From the human T2T-CHM13v2.0 reference genome, Homo sapiens: 64,000 nucleotides of DNA. The translations under genes and the position numbers were made by a program. How positions within the stretch are numbered: position 1 is the first letter of the stretch; each line of letters opens with the position of its first letter. The notes under the pieces are model-generated. The model was given only the letters and a program-made list of their open reading frames with translations, ran no database searches and was not told where the DNA came from. The DNA lies in the NCBI RefSeq assembly GCF_009914755.1, contig NC_060938.1, one strand, 5' to 3'. Below are positions 28,263-46,139 of this stretch, in pieces.

Positions 28263-31200
28263 AATAAGGACAAATGAAATTACATGAAAGATTAGTGTTA
28301 AGTGGAATCAGTTAAGAACATTTTATTGAGAAAGTGCACCATTAGGTAGACATGAAATACTAGATTTAGTTTGATAGAAAGAAGGAAAGAGGGTGTTTCT
28401 AGTTAGAAACACAGTGACTTAGAGTCCAGAAATGGGAATGAACAAGGAAGAAGCAGAGATGAGATTTGCTCAGTTGGGCAAGGATGAGATTAGAATTGAA
28501 GTGACATATCAATTCAGATCAAGTTTTCTATGAATTGAAATACGAGGCTAAAAAGTTTAGATGTTTAGAAAAGATTTGTTTTGGTAGGCAACACTGACAA
28601 ACTCTGGATTCAACCAAAGCCAGAATAAAAAAGTGTTTTAAGTTGTAGGAGTTTTATGGGGTACATCTAAAGAAGAGATTCCTAAGAGGCTGTGTTTTAT
28701 AACAAATCTTGAGAAAGTTAAAAACAGGGTTCCTTTTCAACCTTACAGAACTTCAGTCTGGTTGGGGAGATAGTGTTTAGTGTTTGAGTGAAAATTTTCA
28801 AGTGTAAATTTGGTCATGGAGAGAAACTCTTTCACTTTAAATAGTTAAGAAAAACAAAACCCTAATTCAACTATCCAAAAAAGTTTTGATTATTTTACCT
28901 GGAGATAAGAGGTTGGTTTAACTTATGTCATAATGATAAAAATACACGCATATATCATAAAATAGAAAATGTACACATGCTACCTAATAAAAGAGCATGT
29001 TGCATTTTCAAATCATAAATAAAAATTTATTTTGTTCTATTTATTAAAACATAAACCATGGTTTCGTAGGACAAATATGGTCTTTAGAAGGAGACAGGCC
29101 TGAGTCCAAATCCAAGTTCTGCAACTTAGTAGAAAAGTAGAGAAGGTTAACTCATTTTATATCCCAAAGCCTCAGTTTCCTACCTGTAAAATAGGGAAAA
29201 TAATTGTACCTGACTCAAATGGTTGTTGTAAGGGTTAAATAATAAAACATACATAAAGTACCTAGCACATAATAGGCATACTGGCAGTAATGACAATGAT
29301 TATTTATAGGCAGTTTCTAAATATTATTTAGTTGAATTAAATTTGAGGAAAGGTTTCTTAATGACTTTATATTTGTAAGGATTATAAACTTAAATCCTAA
29401 TTTGCTGTCTATTTATTAACTAAAGTTGACTTCATAATTTTATTTATATTTTATTAAACAAATATGTAAAAAGAAGAAATAAAGAAGAAAATAAAGCTTA
29501 AGTCAGATAATACAGTGTTATATTTCTTAGGTATTCGTGAGCCTTTATTGGTTTTGTTCCATTGGTTGAGCATTGTATTCAACAAATAGGAATGTTAAGC
29601 ATTACATTCCTATTTTGCAGATGAGGAAGCTATACAAGATAAGTATTGCTTATTTAAAAAGTTAGTTGAAAAAGCAGTTGTTTCAACTTTTGGCACTGGT
29701 TTGGATTAACTACTGTCTTGATTTCTTTTTCCCCAGTAGTTTTATAGTACTTGCCTTTTAGGTTAAAAGTTGTGGTTTTGAGTGTGTCAATTTTCAAATT
29801 GTATCCTAACAACTATATTTTAGTCAATCTGAGATTCCTAAGAACTTCATCACTTCACAAAATTGCATTCCTGGTTCTTTCCTCATATGTGTACCACACT
29901 TTAAATATAGAGGAATTGACAGTATGATAATCACTAAAATGAAAATGAAGAAATAAAATAGAAATTCTTAACAACTTAAAGGTAGTAATCATTAAATTTT
30001 AATTTGAAAATGTCCTAAGAACAACCATATACCAGTATGCACATTTTAATGTCATATATGGTAATAGGGCCATTAGCTTAATGGAGTATTAAGGTCTGAT
30101 ATTTCCTCTGATTGGGTAGATATCCACAGTGTGGAAATAATGTTCTTAGTCTGAGCACTTATGAAGAAATAAAAAATGCTAATTATTTTTCTGAAGTATT
30201 TATTTTGGTGGTTCCTCAAGAAATGGTCCAGAGTTTCTGCTCTCCTGGAGAATCATTCACCCCATTACCCTTTTGGCATTACTGATCTCAACTCTTGAAA
30301 CGAAGAAAGAGAGAATGTGTGAGTGTATAGGAAAAATGGCTTCAAGTGACAAAGTAAACGCTTTTGTGACTCAGTTGGACCAGGTAAGTATTTATTTCGG
30401 CCTTAGTGTTTCACACTAAGTCTGGGCGAATGTGTTTGATAAGCCACCAAGGAAAAGATGGCCTTTGTTGTTATACTTGAGTGCTATTATGCCATACAAA
30501 CAAACAAATCACACACCACCCTCCCCCCTAAAAAAATAAAGATAGAGAAAAGGAAAGGAAAAAACTCCACAGCTTAATTTAAAGATTTTGTAAGTGTTTG
30601 GCTGTTTTATGATTTCTCAGTTGAAACTACCGGGTTTTTTTTCCTCTTTCTACTTTTACACACAGCCCAGAAGATGGACATTTGGTGAATCATAATAGAC
30701 TGCTCCTTTCCCAGGTATCTCCTGTTTGTTTCCTTTATCTGTGAATAGGAAATGGCTTAAAGGCACCTGTGTGATGAAGGTCCCAGGGGCAGCTGCCTGA
30801 CTAGTGAATGCCTGATTATGTGTTAACATGCTTTGTCAGATATTGGCAGAATCTGTTCTCTTCTTTTGCCTTTTCAGCAAGGGTACCATTGACAGCCTGG
30901 CTACCCATTTATAGAAATGTTGTCCATCAAACTGTGAGGAAGGACAATAGTGTTTTTCTGTGGCCAGTGACTGTGGGAAACTTTTCTTTGGCTATTCAGG
31001 CAATTTTTGTAGCTTGCTCTGAAGAGGAGAGACTGATGAGTGCAAAAAGTACAATTAAGCAAAGCCAGACTTCAATTGAAGGCTGTAGTGTAGTCTGCTG
31101 TTCTCATTTTTTTTTTAGAGGGGGAAAAAACCCTATGGGTTTTCACGTTGCTGTGTGGCATTCAGCAGGGGGCTATTACAATCCTAAATTTTTTTTTCTA

Positions 31201-33516
31201 GACCACCTAATTCTAAGTTAAAATTAAATGTAATGAGAGCCACTTGGAGTTCTGAATATTTTAAAGCATAATTCCCACAGAAGGGATTCGACCTAAACTG
31301 CAGTGAGCATCAGTTGGCTAATTATAGCTGCATTTTATATTACAGCAGGTGTCAGATGCAGTCATCTCAATAAAGTCCACATAATACTCTGGGAAATAAC
31401 AAAGACTTTTCTTTGAATGTGGGTACTAATTTCTTCTAGGTGTCATATGAGCCTTGATACTTCTTATTGGCATTAACAAGAGCACTGCAGCACTCAGAAA
31501 TGCTTTTTGCTTGGGATGAATTGATACTGTAAAGCACTTACCAGTCAGAGTTGGCAGATGTCAGTAGTTAATACTAGTGTTGCAGAGGTTGGAATATAAT
31601 GCAAAGAGTCTTATGTAAATACTCTTAGATGATGGGCTGGTTTTGAGAAGGCGCCTGAGCACTGCACCAACTCACTTAATGAAAGTTAAATAGATAGCAG
31701 TGGGGTATCTGCATTTACTTTGGCTCCTGCTTTATTGAAAGTCCTCCAGAAGTAAAGGGCAGATGGTACGGCAGTAAACTAGGTGAACAAAATATCCTGG
31801 ACTTGGATAAGGACTTGTTATGTTCACAGTGCTTTCCTTGAACTTGTGTAGGTGATTCAAATTACTGAAGTGATAGCAAGTACAAAAGCATGCCTGGAGA
31901 TAAGGACTCCTTATAGTATTAAAAAATAAATTTAATTTAGAACATATGTCTTCACTTGAAATGCAACTGGACAATGGGTTAGGCAAAAAGAATGTTACTT
32001 TAAAATCATGACATTTGTTCTACACTGCTCCATTCTTCTAGGAGAGTGACATTTTATCCAACCTATTGTAGTCACATTAGTTCATAGCAGATGAGATCAA
32101 AATGAAAGATCTATTAAAAATCATATTGTGGAATACCAACTAAGATACAACAAATGTGAACTCTTTACACATATTCCATTCTGGAATCAACTCTGGGTTT
32201 TTTGTTTGTTTGTTTTTCCTTTTAAATCTAATGCACAGCCAGCAAAGCAAAGATGGGTTGCCCTTAATTTTGATCCCCAGAAGCAGCTCTGGGTTCTCAT
32301 TTTGGCAGATTGCAATTTATATACATCTCATAGCAAACCCTGTAGGGTGTTGTCAGCAATTAGCTCTGACATCAAGGAGTTTAACAGTCATTCAACATTG
32401 ATCCAATGATTGAACACTGGTAGGCACAAAGCACCGTTAAGCCCAGCAGTGAAATTTAAGATGAGAAAGATAACACAGTGTCTGTCCCCAGAGTGCTGAC
32501 TATCTATTCACAAGAGTAATGTCCCTAATAGCTCTTTTGCAGATTGCTGTTAATTTTTGTTTCGATCAGATGTCCATGGATTTTGATAAAGCCTAGGACA
32601 GAATTGTGAAATAGTGTGAAAAGTCACAGAGAAATCACTCCAAAGGAGCATAGGTAATCTGCTAATGACAAATTGTTTCTGCATAGTACCCATTCTTAGT
32701 AATGTTCAAGTATTTTGAACACCAAAAGTCTCAATTGTGAATAATTTTTATTTCTTATTTTTCTTACGTAAATGTAAGATTTGTTTTTTATAGAACATTT
32801 AGGAAACATATAAAATACAAAAAAGAAAATCCATATTTCTACTACCTAGGCTCAAATCACTTTATTCATATTTTTGTGTGTATCGTGGTTACTTTTTCTC
32901 CATTTATATACATATAAAATCCCATTTAAGCAATGGGATTTTACTGTTTTATAATCTTTTACAACAAACCTTATGATATATTTATAATATCTTTTTAGTA
33001 TATGTTCTTCCTCAACATCAATTTCAGTGATTTCATAATATTCTAGTACATGGACATGCCATACTTTATTTTTGTCATATTTTAGAATCTCCTATTAGTG
33101 CACATTTATCTTTTAATTTTTTGCTACTGTAAATGACACTGTGATGAATATGCATGTAGCTAGATTTTTTTCCCAAGTCTATGATTATTTATTTGCTTGT
33201 CACTGCTAGTGGAAATGCTGCATCAAATGACCTTTGCAATTTTAATTGAAGCTACAGATTCTAAGAATTTTCATAAAGAAGGAAAATACCTTTAGCATGA
33301 AATTTTTAATTCTTTTCATCTAGGTCTGATATTTTGTTAATAGACTGAATTAAAAGTCAAGAGTTTCATGGAAAATACTAAATTGTGAGTAAAACAAGAT
33401 CTTTCAGTCTAGGAAATCAATCAGTTTTTATCTGATAAAAAACAGATGGCTTCTGTAGCATAAGATTTTTGGTATAAATAGGATCTATACACTGCACTTA
33501 AAATATGCAGTGCCTG

Positions 33517-33935
<419 letters not shown>

Positions 33936-34549
33936 TTAAAACCAGTACTATGCCATATTAAATGTGAATTCATTTAAAAAGTGAAAGGCCATTAGTCTTT
34001 AACTGTTTCCAGTTTAAGCCATCCAGTTTCAATTGGCCTTCGCTGTGACTTAGGATTCCTTTGGTACATCAATTCTTACCATGCTTCACACAATAATTAA
34101 TCTAAAGTCTTCGTTCTTTCCCAGGCTAATCCAAGAAGACTCTAGAATTAGAGAGACTAAAGACATTCATTTCTGCTTTGCATTGATAATAAAATATGAA
34201 ACATTTTTGCTTTAATAGAAAATCGGGGATAGTAAGTAATGTTGGAAATATTGTTGGGCTTTACCTTCTTTCTGAGTAGGGTACTATAACCATAATCATT
34301 AATCTTAAAAACTTGGAGAGGTTAACGGATCATATAAATCCTGCATCTAACCCACACAGAGAACTGAGACATTTCAACTTTGGGATATTTTCAATTAAGC
34401 CTCTGTGTCCTGCCTTAGTAATTCCGTAATTTAATATAGGCTCTAACTTCCCAAATCTAAGTTATTTCATATAGTAAGCACAAATTGAGCTGATTGCTTG
34501 ACACTTGGCATTTCTGCAACAGCCTGACTGGGCTATCTGTCACTTGTCT

Positions 34550-35255
34550 TGGGGGGAACCACTTCTTCCCCACCTCTAGACATTAGTGGAGTTTAACATC
34601 TGAGTGCGGTCATGGCAAGAGTGACTGTGGGCATACCCTGAGGTGTGCTCCCTGAAGAGCAACATCAGAATTTGAACACTGGGGCATGGAAGGGAAAGAA
34701 TTCACTAAAATAATCTAGCCAGTCCAAATGAAGAAGAAAATAACAACAACAAAACCCAGAGAAGGGAGACAAGTACGTATCTTATGTGATCCTCCTTCTT
34801 AGACATGATGGTTGATCTGGAGATGGGCAAAATACCAAAGCAGGGCCCAAAAAAGCCTTCCCTGACATGTTTTATGATGGGATATGTTGGGTAAGATTTC
34901 TCTCCTCTCTTTTTGAGAGGATCTGGGGATGTGAGCTTAGGGCTGCTGGCAGCCATGTCGCCCACCCTACACAGAAACTTCCTGCAGTGGGAAAGAACAA
35001 AGCCGACATGCAGGAGAGAAATAGAGCAAGAGGCAAAGGGTGAGGAGCAAGACCAAGAGAGAAAGCATGCAAGAAACAGCTGGGCTCTGCTGTTTGTAGA
35101 TGGACACAAATTCTAGTTTGGGATAACCTGATTCTAGTTATCCCAAAGGCCAGCTTCAGTGCCTCTCTTCTTGTGTTAAAGCTACATAAGCCAAGCACAT
35201 CTCCTTTTTTCTGTTACATAAACTAATTAGAATTGAGGTTCTATTACTTTCATAC
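34550..35255. mobile_element. Old ERVL-type LTR (LTR33-like)
   Basis: GAGCTTAGGGCTGCTGGCAGCCATGT and terminal ATTACTTTCATACAAAGTCCTAG-like motifs. Approximate. Confidence 0.45.
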
Positions 35256-37873
35256 AAAGTCCTAGCTTTAAAACATTCTATTTCTTATTTTTCTAGCCTC
35301 AGAAAAATCTCTAGTGTTTACAGTGAAAAAATAGAACTTTCTCTTCCTAGAGCTCTTGTGAGCCAAAAATACTGACAGAGCTCACATGTGAGAGTCCACA
35401 AAACATTCTAATTTTTGTTTTAATGACTGTGTAATTCTCATTTTTATTTTAGTTCTCAAATGAGTGAATTCCATCATTCATCATATAATCATTTATTGAT
35501 GTTTTTCCATGTTTAAGGAGCAGAAGTAAATAAAATAACTCCCCTTAACTTCAAGAGGCTTACAATTTAGTATAACCATGCTAGCAAATGCATGTCAGGG
35601 CATTGTCCTAAGCTTAACTTGTCAATTCCTTTAATGCCCACAACAATCCTGTAAAACAGGCATAATTATTGCCTTCTTTTTATGAAGGATGAGACCAAGC
35701 CACAGAGACTGTGCATAGCTTGTCCACTGTCCCACAGCTCAAGAATGATGGAGCTAGGGTGTAAAACCTGAGATGTGAGGCCCTAGAGCCCAAGCACTAA
35801 ACCTCTGCTGCTTTTTCTAGTACTAAAGACTCAAACTTTATAATAAGGAGTCTTTATATAAGAAAATATTTGAGGTGATGGATATCCTAATACCCTGATT
35901 TGATCATTACACATTGCATGCATATATCAAAATATCACATGTACTTCATAAATATGTATAATTTTTATGTATCAAAAAATTAAAGAGAAAGTATAGTCAT
36001 CATACTTAATATATCATATTAAATTCTTTATATAGTAAGTTTCAGAAGTACTAGATCCACTTAATTGTACCTGTATAAAATGAATCTACAAGTTGTTAAG
36101 ATATTTACATATGGAGAAACATCCATAACATGGCAGTAAATAGGTTTATTTACATGTTTAGCAATTAAAGCTTCTTCTCATGAACACAAGGCTCCTTAGT
36201 GTTTTCTAACACTTAACCACTATTTTTTCTGATTCCAGAGAAGATACATTTATTTTAAATATACAAAAAATACAGAAAGTTTTAAATTACTCATAATTCC
36301 ATCATCTACATATATCCATTGATAATATTTATTATCCATTTCATGTTATAATCTTATCATTTTAATTTATGTTAGGTAGAACAGTAATACCAGCAAGTTA
36401 TATTTCTCTATTTCAAATATGAGAATGTTGATTTTAATACATTATAGAGTTTCTATTCCAATTTAGATTCACAGAGATGCTTTTCAGTATATTATTGGGT
36501 TTTTTTCTATAATTTCCATTGAGATTGGTTGATGCAACACCAAGCTACATTAACATAATTCCTAGAAACTAAGAGTGAGCACTAATTGTATATTTTACAG
36601 CTATTATACCTCATTTAATTTAATTGCTGGATACCCATAAGCAGGGAAAATAGGCCACTGCTTATTTAAGAAGCATCAATCAAATTCCTTTTCTTCAAAA
36701 AATAATTCTCCTTACCTCCTGTCTGAAATACAACTTAAAAAAAAATAGACTCACCTGATATTTAAAGGGACTTGATTCTTAAGATTGTGTTATTAAAATG
36801 TGAGTACTCTGAAATCTTAATAACCCTAACTAATATCAACCAAAGTCAACATGTAAACTGGAAATAGTTGAGTTAGTGGTCTGAAAAAGAAACCAGTTTC
36901 TGGGAGTGAGGAGAATGAGAATGAAAGTTTAATAGTCAAGTGCCTGGGTTCACATCCTGCCTCTACCATGGTCTGATTGTATTTAACTTCTCTGTACCTC
37001 AGTTTCCATGTCTGAGGAGCAGGAAACATTATTAATAATTATTTTCATTGATTGTTGTTACTATTAGTGATCATAGGTCAGCATTAGATGAGTTAATACA
37101 TGTAAGATGCCAAGAATGTTATCTTATTGAATATATTTTTAGTGCCCACTATGTGCAGGGCACTTAAAGGTGCTAAGGATTCAGCAGTGAGCAAAAGAGA
37201 TTAGGGGAAAAAAGCCTCTGACCAAACACAGTTTGTATTCTGCTGGAGTGAGAAAGACAATAACCAAATAAGTAAATATATAGTATCATAGATAGTGATG
37301 AATATTGTGGAACGGGGGAAAAAAACGAAAGAGGATAAGAGTGCCAGTTTGAAAATAGAGTTCAATGTTAAATAGGGTGTTAAGGGAAAGCCTTGCTAAA
37401 AAGATGATTCTTGAGCAATCATGTGAAGGAGGAGGAGAGAGTAAGCCCTGTGACTATCCAGGGAAAGGGAATTCTATGCAGAGAGAAGGGACAATGCAAA
37501 GGTCTGAAAAAGCTGCAATTGTGGATAATACAAAATAACTCTGATATTTAGAAACTCTGAAATGTATATGGGCTATGGGCCATGCCTGTTCAAAAAGAAT
37601 GTAGCCAGTTAAGAAGGTAAGCATTGAGTTAGGGAAATCAACCGGCATGATAGCATGAGGAGCTTTGCTGACCCACTTTTCAGTGAAACTGGTTAAAATT
37701 TTAAAGACAAAACAAAAAATCAACCATTCAAAATATCTGGAAATGGTCCTAAGGGCAAGTGGCAAGTGAAGAAACAAATATTCAATAAACTCTATAGTTA
37801 TTTCTTATCTTTTGCTACCTTTGGGATTTGTTTGCTCTTGGTTCTCTAGTTCTGTTAGTTGCGATGTTAATTT

Positions 37874-40277
<2,404 letters not shown>

Positions 40278-42596
40278 TAATTTGTTAACTTGAGATCTTC
40301 CTAACTTTTTGATGTGGGCATTTAGTGCTATAAGTTTCCCTGCTAACACTGCCTTAGCTGTGTTCCAGAGACTGTGGTACGTTGTATCTTTGTTTTCACT
40401 GGTTTCTAATAAATTCTTGATTTCTGCCTTAATTTCATTATTTACACAAAAGTTACACAGGAGCAGGTTATTCAGTTTCCACGTAATTGTATGATTTTGA
40501 GTGAATTGCAGCACTATTCATAACAGCAAAGATATGGAATCAACCTAAATGTCCATCAGTGATAGACCTGATAAAGAAAATATGGTACATATACACCATG
40601 GAATACTATGCAGCCATAAAAAAGAACAAGATCATGTCCTTTGTAGGGACATGGTTGGAGCTGGAGGTCATTATCCTCAGCACACTAACACAGGAACAGA
40701 AAACCAAATATTACATCTTCTTTCTTATATGTAGGGGCTAAATGTTGAGAACACTGGACACATCAAGTGGAACAACACACACTGGGGCCTTTTGGAAGGT
40801 GGAGAGTGGTAGGAGGCAGAGGATCAGGAAAAATAATGGTTACTAGGCTTAATACCTGGGTGATGAAATAATCTGTACAGCAATCCCCCATGACCCAAGT
40901 TTATCAATTTAACACACCTGCACATGTACCCCTGAACTTAAAAGTTAAAAAAAAGAATACATTGAAATAAAATAAAGATGCAACGATGGTCAAGAAAAAT
41001 GAATAAATCTATGAAAAGTAGGTAAGAAGGTGAGAGTCTGTGTATTTGAACAGACTGCTCCCTCCTTCTCCTCTCTTTAATCAGTGACCAGAGACCCTAC
41101 TCCAGCCAAGAACACAGGGCTCTCTGTCTCCATTGGGTCTCAGATAGAGTGCTTCCATCCTGAGAGGAGCAGGATTTGGGCATTTCTCATCCTTCCCCCG
41201 GCAGCTGTTGCTGAGACTAAGTTCTAGGAATGCAGTTTACAGTTGGACTTTCTCTTACAGACGGAGACTCTACTTTGTGTGTGACATGCTGAGACTACTG
41301 GGACCCTGATAGCCCTACTCCTGGCTCCTGAAGTGGTGGTCCCATGCCAGACAAGTTGAGAGGACCTCAGGCAGACCCCCAACACCAAGCACTCAGCTCC
41401 TACAGCAGGAGTGTAAAGCAGAGAGAAGCACTATTCTCCCTGCCTTCAGTTCCAAAGTCCTGTTTCAGATATTTTGCCTGAGAGTTAGATCCATAAACCA
41501 GATTGTTCATAAATTCTTCCCAAAGGAACTGACTTTATTTGCAAGAGAGTGTGAAAAATTTAACCTACACATGATCTGAAGATCAGGAGAGATTGTGGTA
41601 AAAGGTAATGAGGAGATTTGTTAAACTAATGAAGGTATGAAGGTATAACAAGACTATAGGCTGACGAGTTTGTAGGAGAAAAGGATGAAAAAGACAGCCA
41701 AGAGGAGACCTCCTAGGCTCAAAATTAATATAAAATTCTGACAAAAAATATTTCAACGTAGCTATTATAAAAATGTTCACAGAGCTAATGGAAAGCATGA
41801 TTAAAGAAGCGAAAGGAGGTGTGATGACAATGTCACATCAAGTTGAAAATATCAATAAAGAAATTATAAAAAAAATAGCCAAATAAATTCTGGAGTTGAA
41901 AAATATAATAATAGAAATTTAAAGAAGGGCTCAGAAGTAGATCTGAATTTGAGTTGGTAGAGGATAGAATTTGTGAACTTGTATATAGATTAATAGAGAT
42001 TATGCAGACTGAAGAACAGAGAAAAAAGGAGAAAAATGAGTAGGTCTTCAAAGAAATGTGGAACACTATTAGGCATGCCAACGTAAAAGTAATGAGAATA
42101 TCAGGAGAGGAGAAAAAAGAGAAGAAAAAATATTCCAAAGAATAATAGCTGAAAACTCTCTCAATTTATTGAAAAATAATAACCTGTGCATCCAGGAAGC
42201 TCAGCAATCTCCAAGTAAGATAAATGCAAAGAGATTCACAAACAGACCCATTACAGTAAAAATGCTGAAAGTTAAACATGAGAGAAAATCTTGGAAGCAG
42301 CAAGATAAAATAAATGAATCAATTACATGGGAGCTGATAATAAGATTATCAGCTGATTCGTCAGCAGAAACAATGGAGGCCAAAAGGCAATAAGATAACA
42401 TATTTCAAGTGCTCAAAAAAAAAATCCTGTCAACCATGAATTTTATATTCAGCAAATGTATCTTTCAAAGTTCAAGGTAAAATAGACTTTCCAAAATAAA
42501 CAAAAACACAGAGAATTTGTTGCTAGCAAACCACCCTGTAAAAAATACTAAAAGAAGTTCTTCATGCTGAAAGTAAGTGACCTCAGACTGTAATTT

Positions 42597-43390
42597 AAAA
42601 CACATGAAAAAATGCTCATCATCACTGGCCATCAGAGAAATGCAAATGAAAACCACAATGAGGTACCATCTCACACCAGTTAGAATGGCAATCATTAAAA
42701 AGTCGGGAAACAACAGGTGCTGGAGAAGATGTGGAGAAATAGGAACACTTTTACACTGTTGGTGGGACGTAAACTAGTTCAACCATTGTGGAAGTCAGTG
42801 TGGCGATTCCTCAGGGATCTAGAACTAGAAATACCATTTGACCCAGCCATCCCATTACTGGGTGTATACCCAAAGGACTATAAATCATGCTGCTATAAAG
42901 ACACATGCACACATATGTTTATTGCAGCACTATTCACAATAGCAAAGACTTGGAATCAACCCAAATGTCCAACAATGATAGACTGGATTAAGAAAATGTG
43001 GCACATATACACCATGGAATACTATGCAGCCATAAAAAGGATGAGTTCATGTCCTTTGTAGGGACATGGATGAAATTGGAAATCATCATTCTCAGTAAAC
43101 TATCGCAAGAACAAAAAACCAAACACCGCATATTCTCACTCATAGGTGGGAATTGAACAATGAGATCACGTGGACACAGGAAGGGGCACATCACACTCTG
43201 GAGACTGTTGTGGGGTGGGGGGAGGGGGGAGGGATAGCATTGGGAGATATACCTAATGCTAGATGACGAGTTAGTGGGTGCAGCGCACCAGCATGGCACA
43301 TGTATACATATGCAACTAACCTGCACATTGTGCACATGTACCCTAAAACTTAAAGTATAATAATAAAAGAAAAAAAAAAAAAATAAATAA
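42597..43390 (+). mobile_element. Young 5'-truncated L1 (L1PA2-like)
   Basis: ORF2 C-terminus plus 3'UTR with GATGACGAGTTAGTG (GAG, not the Ta diagnostic ACA), G-tract 43211-43233, long A tail. TSD short or unclear. Confidence 0.88.
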
Positions 43391-43949
43391 ATCCACACAA
43401 AGAGCAAGGGCTCCTTGGATTAATGTGTCTGAAAATAGGAATTGCTCAAAGAATGATAGAGATGTGTTAAAGAACACACAAGCCAAACTGAAGGGACTTC
43501 CACTGGATAAATTGGGGATAAGTTGGGCACCAAAATAAAAATATTGATTAATTGATTATAAACTATTAAATAGTAAACCATGAGCAAACACTGATTAAAT
43601 ACATAAATTTATTGACTGATTGGAAGTGTGATGAGGAATGGGATATTAACAGTTTTAAGGCATATTTCCACCAAACATTTATTAATTACATAAAGAAAAA
43701 GAGTAAACCCTGGTAGATAATACTTAATTTAAATAATAGATATGAACTCCATAATAGGGCAAACTGAAATTACAAGCCACCATACAGTGTGAAGAACTAA
43801 ACATCTTTTTGTGGTATTCTGGAAAAAGAATCTTTACCTGGGCATGAGGAATCATGAGAAAACATTGGACAAAGCCAAATGGAGAAACATTTTACAAAAA
43901 CCCAAATTAAGGAAGTTTCTAGAAGGTAATATTCAAAAATGTCAAGACC

Positions 43950-44205
43950 ACTATAGTGGATAAAATCTAAGATGATCAGTCTTCCCTCCCTCTCACCTCC
44001 CTGACCCCACCCATTGATCCCTGCCCTTTGATGTTCATGCCTTTGTATAATCTCCTATCCTTCGGTTTGGGCAGGATCTGTGACTTGCTTTTAACCAATA
44101 AGATATGGCATAGGTGATGAAATGTCACTCCCATAATTACATTATGATTTTTATATATGTAAAATCATATAAAAAGTTATATATACATATATATGTCTAT
44201 AAATA

Positions 44206-44246
<41 letters not shown>

Positions 44247-44640
44247 AAACTCTAGCTTACTAACAGAGGTGCTAGAGAGACAATTCCTTACTGTCCTTGA
44301 AGAAATAAGCTGCTGAAGTAAGTGGCTATGTTGGAGAAGCCCACATGACAAAGAAATGTGGACAGGTTCTAGGAGTTGAGGGTGGTGTCCAGAAGGAAAC
44401 TAAAACTTCAGTCCTGAACCAGCAAAGAAGGAGCTTGGAAGCAGATCTTTTTAAAGCCAAGGCTCTGGTGAGACCACAGGGACTTCAGCCTGGTGAGACA
44501 TAAAACCCTGTCAAGCCTGATCCACAGAAATTTTAGATAATAAATGTGTGTTAAATTTTATCTTAAATAAATTTTAAGATAATACATTTAAGCTGCGAAA
44601 TTTATGGTAATTTGTTATGAAGTATAGAAAATTAATAGAG
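43950..44640 (+). mobile_element. MLT1 LTR containing a (TG)n(TA)n microsatellite at ~44150-44245
   Basis: GGGCAGGATCTGTGACTTGCTTTTAACCAATAAGATATGGCA and terminal GGTAATTTGTTATG..GTATAGAAAATTAATA motifs. Confidence 0.75.
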
Positions 44641-45189
44641 TTAGAAAGTCAATGAAAGACGAGAAGCTGTTCCAATTAAACAAACTACAGTAATATGACA
44701 AGTAAATGCATTTAATTATTCTGAACTGGATCCTTGGGACAGTTGGAAAAACTTGAATGGGGTCTGAGAATTAGATGGTGGCAGTATATTAATGTTATTT
44801 TCTTGATTTTGATGGTTGTTTTGCAATTATGTAGAGGAAAATGTGATAGGAAGTAATATAAAAGTATTCAAGAATGAAAAATATGTAGTGAAAGCGTTGT
44901 TTTTTCCTACACTTTGCCCAAAATGATTGACCGTTTTTCTGATTAATTTAAGAAATAACGTGGTGTCCTGTAGACAGAGCTAATTAAGCATTGGTTCCTT
45001 TTGCCTTCCTTCGAATGGTTAGAGAAGGGGATAAGATAGTGGGAATTAATATTTGGTGATCAGTTACTGTGTGCCACAACTGTAATATCCATGTAACATG
45101 ACTTATCTAGTTCAATCCTCACAACACATGCTAAAATAAATATAACTATCCCTCCTTTATAGATCAAGTAGATAAGATTCTCATCCTCA

Positions 45190-45625
45190 ATTCTTCACTG
45201 CCTCCCTTTGCCATGTGATTTTTCAGTATTTCCCACAAGAGAAAGCAGAGGCCATTTCTTCATTGCATTGATGTTGAGATTGGTCATGTAACTTACTTTG
45301 ACTAAGTATATGTGGGCAGACATGATGTGAACCATAGGTTACATGTTTGTGTGGATTAGCTTCTTTCATCCTATGCTTCTGCTATTCACCATTTAAAGAA
45401 TTTACCTGTATTGCTAGTATTTTGAGGAGAATAACGAAAAATGTGGAGTAGACCTAAACTTAATTCAGAGACTGAAGCCAAGCCAAACCAACCCAATCCA
45501 AGCTGAGCCCAGAACTACAATCCGCCCAAAGACTTGGTGAATGAGTAATATATGCTTATTGTCACAAGCCATTGAAATTTTGGAGTTGTTATGTAACATT
45601 ATTGCAGCAATAGCTGACTGATAAA
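45190..45625 (+). mobile_element. MLT1H/I-like LTR
   Basis: CCCTTTGCCATGTGA... and ...TTATTGCAGCAATAGCTGACTGATA motifs. Confidence 0.6.
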
Positions 45626-46139
45626 CTGGCTTAAAAATCATACTCTCAGTTAATTGGTCTGTTTCACTTTAAAACTTGTCCTCTTTATTACTTACTACAC
45701 TACTATAACACAATTCAGTCTACAGTTATGAAAAATATTAGTGTTAATTGAAATCTTTTCAGTGTCTTGATTAACTTATTTTTGCTTCCTACGTTACGTA
45801 TTTATATATAAATATATATTTATACATGTATATATTTTTATGTGTATATATGTATATATGTGTTTATAAATATGTATAAAATATATACATATGTATTTTA
45901 AACCATCATCTTTTAATAGTGTCCTTGGGCATTTATCATAAAATCTAATGAACTTGGCATATCCATACTGGTAACTTTAGGACTGAGCTATCTTGGTATA
46001 GGATATAGTGCTTACACTTTTTAAATGAGAAAGAGATAGTATTAGCACTCCAGGAGAATTATTTAGGATATTGCCAAAGAGTTACACTCCAAATAATTAA
46101 ATCCCTAGGTGGTTCATGGGGATTTGAAAATTTTTCGGG

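Noticed and set aside
30808-31221. 137-aa ORF in a repeat-poor region
   Set aside because: No recognisable domain or exon structure; composition is typical of non-coding DNA.
43211-43233. G-quadruplex-forming tract
   Set aside because: Standard feature of L1PA 3' UTRs, not locus-specific.
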